This document shows, in pieces, positions 55,241-62,904 of a DNA stretch of 64,000 nt. Origin of the DNA: an uncultured Chloroflexia bacterium (GTDB taxonomy: Bacteria > Chloroflexota > Limnocylindria > Limnocylindrales > CSP1-4); NCBI GenBank assembly GCA_963842755.1, contig CAWJIC010000076.1:2867-66866 (forward strand), read 5' to 3'. The notes beneath the pieces are model-generated. The model worked only from the letters and a program-made list of their open reading frames with translations, made no database searches and was not told the DNA's origin. Position 1 is the first letter of the stretch. Each line of letters starts with the position of its first letter. The position numbers were made by a program, and so were the translations under genes.

Positions 55241-55731
55241 CTGCTCGTCGGGCTCGGGCTCGGGTTCGGGCTCGGGCTCGGGCTCGGGTTCGGGCTCGGG
55301 CTCGGGCGTGCGGGGCAATCCGGCAGCGGGCCGTTCACCTCGGGCAGGCGCCCGGCGATGACGCCGGCGACCCACGCCCGCCCGGAATCGATCTCGATCG
55401 TGACGGTCATCGTCCGGGGCGGTCCGCTCGGTCGGAGGTCGAGCCGGTCGGTCGCTCCGACGACCCGCGTCCCATCGACGGAGAACGTCCAGTCGTCCTC
55501 GAGGTGAAACTGCATGTCGCCCTCGAAGCAGGCGGGCTGGGACCCGATCATGCTCGAGGCCTCCGAGCGGGAGTGACCGTCGAAACCGACGGCCACCTCT
55601 GTCGGGCGATGGTTCCGGATCCGGAGGATGAGCCAGCCCTGGGGCGTCGCCGTCGGACCGATCGGCAGAACGCAGGCGGTCAGGAACAGGAACAGGACCA
55701 GGCCGAGAACGACCGCTGCGCGAGCTCTCAT
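55237..55731 (-). CDS. lipoprotein with C-terminal (Pro-Ser/Pro-Asn) repeat tail
   Basis: ATG at 55731. Signal peptide plus lipobox MRARAAVVLGLVLFLFLTAC. C-terminus ARPSPSPNPSPSPSPNPSPSPTSS. Confidence 0.6.
   Translation of the reverse strand: MRARAAVVLGLVLFLFLTACVLPIGPTATPQGWLILRIRNHRPTEVAVGFDGHSRSEASSMIGSQPACFEGDMQFHLEDDWTFSVDGTRVVGATDRLDLRPSGPPRTMTVTIEIDSGRAWVAGVIAGRLPEVNGPLPDCPARPSPSPNPSPSPSPNPSPSPTSS
55251..55304. repeat. hexanucleotide repeat (GGCTCG/GGTTCG) x9
   Basis: Read directly from the sequence. It encodes the PS/PN tail of the lipoprotein on the minus strand. Confidence 0.9.
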
Positions 55732-55776
55732 CCCGAGGACGATAGCGCCGGCCGAGGGCTCAGTGGGTGGGCGGGG

Positions 55777-55782
55777 TAGAAT
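55777..55782 (+). promoter_or_regulatory. candidate -10 (TAGAAT) for rnpB
   Basis: TAGAAT ends 6-7 nt before the predicted first nucleotide of the P1 stem of RNase P RNA. Confidence 0.4.
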
Positions 55783-55788
55783 CGTCGG

Positions 55789-56152
55789 GTCAGCGAGGCG
55801 GTCGGATGGTCGCGCGTCGGGCCGGTGCGCCGGCTCGGCGTGAGGAAAGTCCGAGCTCCTCAGCGCAGGGTAGCGGGTAACGCCCGTCCGCCGTGAGGCG
55901 AGGACCAGTGCCACAGTGACGATGCCCGCCGGCTTCGGCCGGCGCGGAGTGAAACGCGGCAAACTCTACCCGGAGCAAGGCCAAATAGGAGGGCGCAACC
56001 CGTCGGTGCCGTGAGGCATCGCGGGGGAGAGGTGCGCTGCCCAGCCCTCGGGTCGGCCGCATGAGCCGTCGGGCGACCGGCGGCCCCAGATGGATGGCCA
56101 TCCCCGCGAGCGATCGCGGGACAGAACTCGGCTTACAGACCGCCTCGCTGAC
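55789..56152 (+). ncRNA. rnpB: RNase P RNA, bacterial type A
   Basis: The P1 strands CAGCGAGGCGGTC (55791) and GACCGCCTCGCTG (56138-56150) pair. Universally conserved blocks are present: GAGGAAAGTCCGAGCTCC, GGGTAACGCCC, AGTGCCACAGTGAC, GGAGCAAGGCCAAATAGG, ACAGAACTCGGCTTACAG. Confidence 0.93.
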
Positions 56153-56197
56153 GCTCTTCTCGTCGGGCTGGCAGCCCGGTGACCTCGCCTGCTCCTT

Positions 56198-56452
56198 CCG
56201 GGTTCGGCCACCCGCCCAGCGTCTGCCGCGCCCGAACGTTGGCGCCGAGTGCACGAAACCCGGGATCGGCCACCCGCCCAGCGTCTGCCGCGCCCGAACG
56301 TTGGCGCCGAGTGCACGAAACCCGGGATCGGCCACCCGCCCAGCGTCTGCCGCGCCCGAACGTTGGCGCCGAGTGCACGAAACCCGGGATCGGCCACCCG
56401 CCCAGCGTCTGCCGCGCCCGAACGTTGGCGCCGAGTGCACGAAACCCGGGTC
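56198..56452. repeat. 62-bp perfect tandem repeat x4.1
   Basis: The unit CGGCCACCCGCCCAGCGTCTGCCGCGCCCGAACGTTGGCGCCGAGTGCACGAAACCCGGGAT starts at 56205, 56267, 56329 and 56391 with no mismatches. It begins 45 nt after rnpB. Confidence 0.95.
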
Positions 56453-56488
56453 GGAGCGATCCGGGCGGGCGAGGGGCAGCCGCTCAAG

Positions 56489-56593
56489 CCCCGAATCGTT
56501 CACTCCGCGCCAAGAGCCGGGCTCGGCGGAGTTGGGCGGGCGGAGTCGTGCGGGTCCAGGGCCCGAATCGTGCACTCGGCGCCAAGAACCGGG
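56489..56593. repeat. two diverged partial copies (73-bp spacing) of the 62-bp unit with the 18-bp core inverted
   Basis: Copies are CCCGAATCGTTCACTCCGCGCCAAGAGCCGGG (56489) and CCCGAATCGTGCACTCGGCGCCAAGAACCGGG (56562). The core TCGTGCACTCGGCGCCAA is the reverse complement of TTGGCGCCGAGTGCACGA in the upstream units, while the flanks keep forward orientation. Confidence 0.75.
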
Positions 56594-56625
56594 TTCCTCG
56601 CGGCCGGGCGACGCCGAGCGTGGTC

Positions 56626-56684
56626 GGGCGGAGTCGGGCCGGGCGGAGTCGGGCCGGGCGGAGTCGGGCCGGGCGGAGTCGGGC
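56626..56684. repeat. 15-bp tandem repeat (GGGCGGAGTCGGGCC) x4
   Basis: Read directly from the sequence. A diverged copy (GGGCGGAGTCGTGCGGG) occurs at about 56537. Confidence 0.9.
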
Positions 56685-56696
56685 GTGAAGGCTCAG

Positions 56697-56942
56697 TCAG
56701 TCCTCGTCGGGGCGGAAGATGTGAGCGGCGGTGCAGGTGTTGCAGATCGGGGTGGCGGCGTCGAGGTCCCCCAGGGGGATCGGCACGCGCCGCTCCGGGA
56801 AGAGGCACTCCACCTCGTAGACCCGCTCCGACCCGGCGTCGACGGCGATCAGCCGGCGGAACGTGCAGCGGCGGATCCGGTGGTCGGCGAGACGGTACGC
56901 CTCGTGGGCGGTCGGCGCGATCGGCAGCTGCTGGATGGCCAT
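56697..56942 (-). CDS. small Cys-containing hypothetical protein (81 aa)
   Basis: MAIQQLPIAPTAHEAYRLADHRIRRCTFRRLIAVDAGSERVYEVECLFPERRVPIPLGDLDAATPICNTCTAAHIFRPDED. It has four Cys including a CxxC. Divergent from the LysM gene. Confidence 0.5.
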   Translation of the reverse strand: MAIQQLPIAPTAHEAYRLADHRIRRCTFRRLIAVDAGSERVYEVECLFPERRVPIPLGDLDAATPICNTCTAAHIFRPDED

Positions 56943-57112
56943 CGGAGCGTCCGGGTCCTCGTTTCGAGCTGTCGGCGGTCCCTCGGCGGTCCCCATCCAC
57001 CGTTGGGCCCGCAGCCTAGCACCGTGCCGCGACCCCCGGCAACCTGCGAAAGGTACTAGACTCCCGCCGACGTCGGACCGGACTTCCGGCCGCCGACCGC
57101 GCAGGAGGACCC

Positions 57113-58126
57113 GTGGCCGACCCCGCGACGGACGCACCCGACCCGTCCGCGGCGCTGTCCGCCGGGCCGTCGACGCCGCCCGACGTCTGCCCACTCCTGG
57201 AGCTGGCACGCACCGGAGACGAGGGTGTCCGAGGGCCTGACCCTGCGAACCGGTGCGCGGCCTTCGCGCCGGCCCGCGCCCTCGCCGTCACCCAGCAGCG
57301 GCTCGTCTGCCTGGGCCCCGCTCACGTCGACTGCCCGCTCTTCGTCCGGGTGGGCCGCCGTACGCGAGGCGGCGGCGGACGAGGCGGACGCTCGACGCCG
57401 ATCCCGGGCCTCGTGCCCGTGCCTCACGCCCCGATCATGCCGACGTCGTCGGGCGAGCCGACCGGCGATGCCGACCAGCCGGGCCCTTCGACCGCTGTGG
57501 TCTCCGGAGGACCAGCCGACCTAGCGCCCGAACCGACGACCCCGTCCGAACCGACGACCCCGTCCGAACCGACCACCCCGCCGGGAACGGCGGCCCGGCC
57601 CGTTCCGATCGCCCCGATGCTGCGCTCGACCGGAGCCCGGCAGGCCCGGCCGGGAAGCCGTCCCATCCCGACGATCGTGGCCGGTGGGATCCTGGTGGCC
57701 GCGCTAGTCGTCGCGTTCGCATTCGCGACGATCCGGGGTGGCCTCGCGTTGCCGGGCGGGGGACCGGGCGCGAGCGACGTCGCCGCCACCTCGATGGCGC
57801 CGAGCCCGACGCCGGAGCCGACCGTCGAGCCGACCCCCAGCCCGAGCCCGACCCCGGAGCCGACGGCCACGCCCATCCCGACGTCGGAGCCCGCCGTCAC
57901 GTCGACGCCAGCCGCCTCCCTGCCGCCGGCGTACGTGGGCCTCGAGCCCTGCCCGGATCGCCCGGACTGCTACCTGTATCGGATCCGCTCGGGCGATACC
58001 CTCACGGCCATCGCCGGGCGCTTCGGGATCACCCTGAAGACGCTCCGGGCGGCGAACCCCGAGATCGAGGATCCCAGCCTCATCCACGTCGGTGACGTCA
58101 TCCGGATCCCGCTGCCGACCAGCTGA
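57113..58126 (+). CDS. LysM-domain membrane protein with N-terminal Cys-rich cytoplasmic domain
   Basis: GTG follows AGGAGGA. N-terminus CPLL...NRC...LVCLG..HVDCPLF, one TM helice (IVAGGILVAALVVAFAFA), a Pro/Thr/Ser/Glu linker, and a C-terminal LysM domain (YRIRSGDTLTAIAGRFGITLKTLRAANPEIEDPSLIHVGDVIRIP). Confidence 0.8.
   Translation: MADPATDAPDPSAALSAGPSTPPDVCPLLELARTGDEGVRGPDPANRCAAFAPARALAVTQQRLVCLGPAHVDCPLFVRVGRRTRGGGGRGGRSTPIPGLVPVPHAPIMPTSSGEPTGDADQPGPSTAVVSGGPADLAPEPTTPSEPTTPSEPTTPPGTAARPVPIAPMLRSTGARQARPGSRPIPTIVAGGILVAALVVAFAFATIRGGLALPGGGPGASDVAATSMAPSPTPEPTVEPTPSPSPTPEPTATPIPTSEPAVTSTPAASLPPAYVGLEPCPDRPDCYLYRIRSGDTLTAIAGRFGITLKTLRAANPEIEDPSLIHVGDVIRIPLPTS
57530..57583. repeat. 18-bp tandem repeat x3 (encodes EPTTPS)
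   Basis: GAACCGACGACCCCGTCC twice perfectly, then GAACCGACCACCCCGCCG, in frame within the LysM protein linker. Confidence 0.9.
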
Positions 58127-58561
58127 CTCGGCGCCGCTGCGGCGGGACCCGGTGCCGCGCGCCGCGTGTCCGCGTGCCGGGTACCCGGCGCCCAGCCGTG
58201 GGGCGCGCATGCGTGCCAGTCATGCGAGCCCTCGGGGTCGTGTGGCGACGCCCTGCCACCCGGCGACCTTGGGCGGCAGATGAGCGTGGACCCGCGTCCC
58301 GGGATGAGTGCCACGCATAGCCGATCCGCGCCCGGGCCTGGGCGCGCAGCCGTGGAGCAGGCGCGTGTCGTGGAACTCGGCGACCGGCGCGGCTGGCACC
58401 GGGGCGGCACGGGGCCGATTACCGCCACTCATCGCTTCGAGCATGAACGTGCACGACCGGTTGGCCGGATGGACCGTTTCGGCCATCCGGCCACGCTCTG
58501 CTGTGTCGGAATCGATGAGTGGTGCTGATCGGCCGGGTGGGCGTGGCGTGGCCGGGGAGGG

Positions 58562-58626
58562 GCGATGCGGCAAGGGCGCGATGCGGCAAGGGCGCGACGT
58601 GGCCGAGGGCGCGACGTGGCGAGGCC
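58562..58626. repeat. 16/17-bp direct repeats x4 (two pairs)
   Basis: GCGATGCGGCAAGGGC x2, followed by GCGACGTGGCCGAGGGC and GCGACGTGGCGAGGCC. Confidence 0.85.
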
Positions 58627-58639
58627 GACACGCGAGCCG

Positions 58640-58690
58640 GTCGAGATCTTCCGCCTGTCGAGATCTTCCGCCTGTCGAGATTTTCCGCCT
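58640..58690. repeat. 17-bp direct repeat x3 abutting the mraZ -35
   Basis: GTCGAGATCTTCCGCCT x2, then GTCGAGATTTTCCGCCT. The last T is the first base of TTGACG. Confidence 0.9.
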
Positions 58691-58717
58691 TGACGGGAAC
58701 CCTCCGTCATGTAGAAT
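58690..58717 (+). promoter_or_regulatory. dcw-cluster promoter (Pmra-like)
   Basis: TTGACG (58690-58695), 16-nt spacer, TAGAAT (58712-58717), 130 nt upstream of the mraZ start. Confidence 0.6.
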
Positions 58718-58723
58718 GCGCTG

Positions 58724-58749
58724 AAGTGGCACGAAGTGGGGTCAAGTGG
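58724..58749 (+). promoter_or_regulatory. candidate MraZ operator: three AAGTGG direct repeats at 10-bp spacing
   Basis: AAGTGGCACG AAGTGGGGTC AAGTGGGGAG begins 7 nt after the -10. It matches the published pattern of GTGG(G)-type direct repeats with 10-bp periodicity bound by MraZ. Confidence 0.5.
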
Positions 58750-58847
58750 GGAGCAGTGCCACGACGGACGGGATAGTCGAGACGAGGCCCTCGTCCCGGC
58801 GGACCGGCCCCGACAGCGCATCGACAAGAGATGGGGAAGCCCGACAG

Positions 58848-59281
58848 GTGTTCACCGGCGAGTACCGGCACTCGGTGGACGACAAGGGACGGATCGCCGT
58901 CCCCGCGAAGTTCCGCGCCCAGCTCGACGGCGGGCGCGGTCGTCTCGCGCTGGCTCGACGCCTGCCTGGCGATCTATCCCGAGGCGGCTGGGACGAGCCC
59001 TGGCCGACAAGGTCGCGGCGCTGCCGATCGACCGATCCCGACCGCCCGCACGCTTCCAGCGGTTCGCTCTTCGCCGGCGCCTTCGAGGTCGAGCTCGACC
59101 GGCAGGGCCGGGTCCTCGTGCCGGCCTACCTGCGCGAGCTGGCCGGGCTCGAGGGCGAGGCCGTCGTCGTCGGGGCCCGCGACCACGCCGAGATCTGGGC
59201 CCCGAGCCGCTGGGACGACTACCGCCGGGCGCTCGAGGACCCGACGCGCTGGCCGAGGCCTTCGACGGCCTGGGGATCTGA
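58848..59281 (+). pseudogene. mraZ: transcriptional regulator MraZ; at least 4 frameshifts in this sequence
   Basis: VFTGEYRHSVDDKGRIAVPAKFRAQLDGG, VVSRWLDACLAIYPEAA, LADKVAALPI, FAGAFEVELDRQGRVLVPAYLRELAGLEGEAVVVGARDHAEIWAPSRWDDY and ALAEAFDGLGI-stop lie in alternating frames. Confidence 0.8.
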
Positions 59282-59346
59282 GCCGTCGCCCACCACATGC
59301 GCTTCCAGGGTCCGCTCGGGATCCGTTCGACCGAGGTGGAGGAGAG

Positions 59347-60303
59347 ATGAAGGAAGGGCACCTGCCGGTGCTGGCGGAGGAGGTCTTGACGATGCTCGCG
59401 CCTGCTCCCGGCAGCCTTCAGATCGACGCCACCCTCGGCGGCGGTGGGCACACCGAGCGGATCCTGGAGGCGACCAACCCTGATGGCCGCCTCCTCGGTC
59501 TCGACGCCGACGGGGCGGCCATCGCCAGGGTCGGCGAGCGCCTCGCGCCCGGTTCGGCGACCGGCTCGTCCTGCGCCAGGCGAACTTCCGCGAGCTCGCG
59601 ACGGTCGCGCCGGCGGCCGGGCTTCGGCGCCGTCGACGGCTGCCTGTTCGACCTCGGCCTGTCGAGCTTCCAGCTCGCCGACGCGGAGCGCGGCTTCGGG
59701 TTCCGGGCCGGCGGCCCGCTCGACATGCGCTTCGACACGACGCCGCGGCGTCCCCGCCGCGCGAGCTGCTCGCGACGCTCGACGCCGACGAGCTGACCGC
59801 GCTCTTCCGCACGCTACGGCGAGGAGCCGCACGGCCGGCCGGATCGCCCGGGCGATCGTCGACGCGCGCCGGACCGCCCCGGTCGCCACCGCCGAGGAGC
59901 TCGCCGCGCTCATCGAGCGGGTCGCGCCCGCCGAACCCGCGCGGTCCGGCGCCGGATCCACCCCGCGACCCGCGTCTTCCAGGCGCTGCGGATCGCCGTC
60001 AACGAGGAGCTCGACGCGCTCGAGGATGGCGCTCGCCGCCGCGCTCGACCTGCTCCGTCCGGGCGGCCGGCTCGTCGTCCTGAGCTACCACTCGCTCGAG
60101 GACCGGATCGTCAAGCGCTTCCTCGAGGCCGAGCGGCGCGGCTGCGTCTGCCCGCCCGAGGTGCCCGTCTGCGTCTGCGGCCGGAACCCGCGCCTGCGCC
60201 TCGTCGACCCGCCCGTCGCTGACCCCGACGGACGGCCGAGATCGCCGCCAACCCCCGGGCCCGCAGCGCCCGCCTGCGGGCCGCCGAGCGGCTCGCCGCA
60301 TAG
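59347..60303 (+). pseudogene. rsmH: 16S rRNA (cytosine1402-N4)-methyltransferase RsmH; at least 5 frameshifts in this sequence
   Basis: [15 protein letters not shown]...[76 protein letters not shown] and [15 protein letters not shown] are spread over three frames. Confidence 0.85.
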
Positions 60304-60382
60304 ACAGACCCACGCGTGCCGGGCGGACCGGGGCCCGGATCGAGACCGCAGTCACAGCCCAACGGAGAAGGAGGAGTCCCCG

Positions 60383-60586
60383 ATGAGCAAGCGCCACCAG
60401 TCCAGCCGCCGCAAGACGTACGGCCGCCGCCAGCACGAGGTTCGTGAGCGCATGGATCGCCACCCCGACGCCGCCGGCCTCGAGGCCGTCTCCGGGTCGA
60501 ACGAGCCGGAGCGGCGACGGCTTCGATCCGTTCGCTTCGACTTCGACCTGCGGTCCGACCGGCTCAGCTTCGCGGCCGGCGACTAG
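60383..60586 (+). CDS. small hydrophilic hypothetical protein (67 aa)
   Basis: ATG follows [76 protein letters not shown]. The stop is directly followed by the ftsL-like ATG. Confidence 0.4.
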   Translation: MSKRHQSSRRKTYGRRQHEVRERMDRHPDAAGLEAVSGSNEPERRRLRSVRFDFDLRSDRLSFAAGD

Positions 60587-60965
60587 ATGGCCGTCTACCA
60601 GGGCGCCCGGCCGCGCCCGATCTTCCTGCCTCCGCGCCCGCGGTCGCGAGCTGCCGGCGCTCCCGCGCCGCCGATCGCGCAGCACCGTCCGGGCGCGACG
60701 TCGTCCCACCCGGGTCGGCGTTCTGCTCGGCGGGATCGCCCTCGCCTTCCTCCTGGCCTTCTTCTCGCTCGTCCAGAGCGTGCGCGTCTCGGCGACCGGC
60801 TACGACATCGATCGGTTGCTCAACCAGCGCGCCCAGCTCCAGGCGAAGCAGCAGGAGCTCCTGACCGACCTCAACCGGCTCGGCCGGGGACCTGCTGTCC
60901 GGAAGCTGGCGATCGACCTCGGCCTCGGCCAGCTGGCCGAGCCGCTCGTCGTCGTCGCGCGCTAG
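60587..60965 (+). CDS. ftsL: FtsL-like cell division protein (one frameshift near 60650)
   Basis: After the shift it reads RVGVLLGGIALAFLLAFFSLVQSVRVSATGYDIDRLLNQRAQLQAKQQELLTDLNRL, i.e. a single TM plus coiled coil at the expected dcw position. Confidence 0.6.
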
Positions 60966-61002
60966 CCCGCATCGACCAAATGCCCGATCGGATGGATTGA
61001 CG

Positions 61003-62832
61003 ATGCTCGGACGGACCGATTCCCGGCGCCGCCTCCTGTTCGTCCTTGTGGCGTTCGTCGTCGTCGGCGCGTGCGCTCGTCAGCCGTCTCGTCTACTGGC
61101 AGGTCGTCCAGTACGCGGACCTGTCCGCGGCCGCGTCGCGCCAGACGCACGATCCGGTTCGAGCAGCCGGTCCGGCGGGGCACGATCTTCGACCGGAGCG
61201 GGACGGTCGTCCTGGCCACCAGCGTCGAGCGCTACCGGGTCGCGGCGGCGCCCGATCAGCTGACCCCGAGCGAGCGACGCGATGTCGGCGCCGCCGTGTC
61301 GTCCATCCTCGGTCTGGACCCGGAGGCCGCCGCCGCGCTGGCCGAGAAGATCGACGCGAAGAAGGCCTACGTCATCCTCGCCCGCGGCCTCGAACCGGCG
61401 ACCGCGGACCGGATCCGGGCGTCGATCGCGTCGGGCGACCTCAAGGGGATCGCCCTGGAATCCGAGCCGGTCCGGGTCTTCCCGCAGCAGGGCGGCTCGG
61501 CCGGTACCACGCTCGCCGCGCACCTGCTCGGGTTCGTCAACCGCGACGGGCAGGGCCAGTACGGCGTCGAGCAGCGCTACCAGGCCGAGCTGGCCGGGAC
61601 GCCCCAGGTCCTCCTCGCTGAGCGCGACGCCATCGGGCCGGCCGATCACCGACACCGCCCAGGTCGTCAGCCCCGGCGTCCCCGGCGAGCGACATCCGGC
61701 TGACGATCGATGCCGGCCTGCAGCTCGCCGTCGAGCAGGAGGTCCTGGCCGCCTGGATCGGCCGACAGGCGCGGTGCGGGTCTCGGCGATCGTCATGGAC
61801 CCGTACACCGGCGAGATCCTGGCCGAGGCGAGCTACCCGTCGTACGACGCGAACGACTACCGCGCGATCGCCTCGAAGGATCCGTCGCGCTTCATCGACC
61901 CGATCGTGTCCTCCGTCTACGAGCCGGGTTCCGTGTTCAAGATGTTGACCGCGCTGGCCGGCTTCGAGCAGGGGACGATCGAGCCGACGACGCTCATCCA
62001 GGACTCCGGCACGCTGTCGCCTCGACGGCGGGCGGCCCAGGATCGACGACGCCGACCGGCGGGCGATGGGCATGATGGAGGTTCAGGACATCGTCGCCTT
62101 CTCCCGCAACGTCGTCGCGGCGCGAAGGTCGCCCTCGGGCTGGGGAAGACGACCGCGAAGGCGGCCTCGATCCTGGCCGGCGCGTGGGCCCGCGTCGGGT
62201 TCGGCGAGAAGACCGGGATCGACCTCGCCGGCGAGGCGGCCGGGATCGTCCGCGACCCGGCGATCCGTCGCTGGCGCCAGATCGATCTCGCGAACGGCTC
62301 CTTCGGGCAGGGCGTCGCGGTCACCCAGCTCCAGCTCGCGACGGCCTACGCGGCGCTGGTCAACGGCGGGACACTCGTCCAGCCGCACGTCGTGGCCGGC
62401 ATCGCGAACCGCGACATCGAGCCTGGGTCGCGCGGCCAGGTGATCTCGCCGGCCGCCAGCCGGGCGATGGTCGACCTGATGGGCTACGTCGTCCACACGG
62501 TGCCGTGGTACGCCGAGAAGACGCTGGTCAAGGGGTATTCCATCGGCGGCAAGACCGGGACCGCCCAGATCTGGGACACGAAGCTGAACCACGGGCGCGG
62601 CGCCTGGAAGGCGAACCGGTTCAATCACACGTTCGTCGGCTACATCGGTCGAGGCCAGCCGGAGCTGGTCATCGCGGTCACGATCCACGAGGCGACGCCG
62701 CTCCACATCAGCCAGGGGCACCTCCCGATCGCGGTCGAGTCGTTCGAACTGTTCCGGCGGATCGCCACGGACTCGATGACGATGCTCGACCTTCCGAAGC
62801 CGACCCCGGTCGCCACGACCGCCGACCGGTGA
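61003..62832 (+). pseudogene. ftsI: class B penicillin-binding protein (FtsI/PBP2-like transpeptidase); at least 7 frameshifts in this sequence
   Basis: TM LLFVLVAFVVVGA, RGTIFDRSGTVVLATS, GQYGVEQRYQAELAG, SAIVMDPYTGEILA, the SxxK motif (EPGSVFK), SFGQG and the KTGT motif (GGKTGTAQ) are distributed over all three frames. Confidence 0.85.
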
Positions 62833-62904
62833 ACGGCGCCTGTGCGACACTGGCGACCGTGACCGACGCTCCGCCACCGTCGCTGCCTGCCGGCCCTTCG
62901 GGGC

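Noticed and set aside
56198-56452. 62-bp periodic repeats considered as a CRISPR array
   Set aside because: All four units are identical over the full 62 bp, so there are no unique spacers. No cas genes or leader are nearby. This is a plain tandem repeat.
56061-57059. ORFs in several frames reading through the repeat array and encoding reiterated peptides such as HPPSVCRARTLAPSARNPG
   Set aside because: They are open in multiple frames and on both strands simply because the repeat lacks stops. They overlap the 3' end of rnpB, have no SD or start context, and their composition is not protein-like.
58127-58560. Possible small RNA or ORF in the 430-bp spacer after the LysM gene, including a 10-bp hairpin at 58463-58492
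   Set aside because: No recognisable RNA family motifs, no promoter or U-tract, and the ORFs are shadow-frame-like. The hairpin alone is insufficient evidence.
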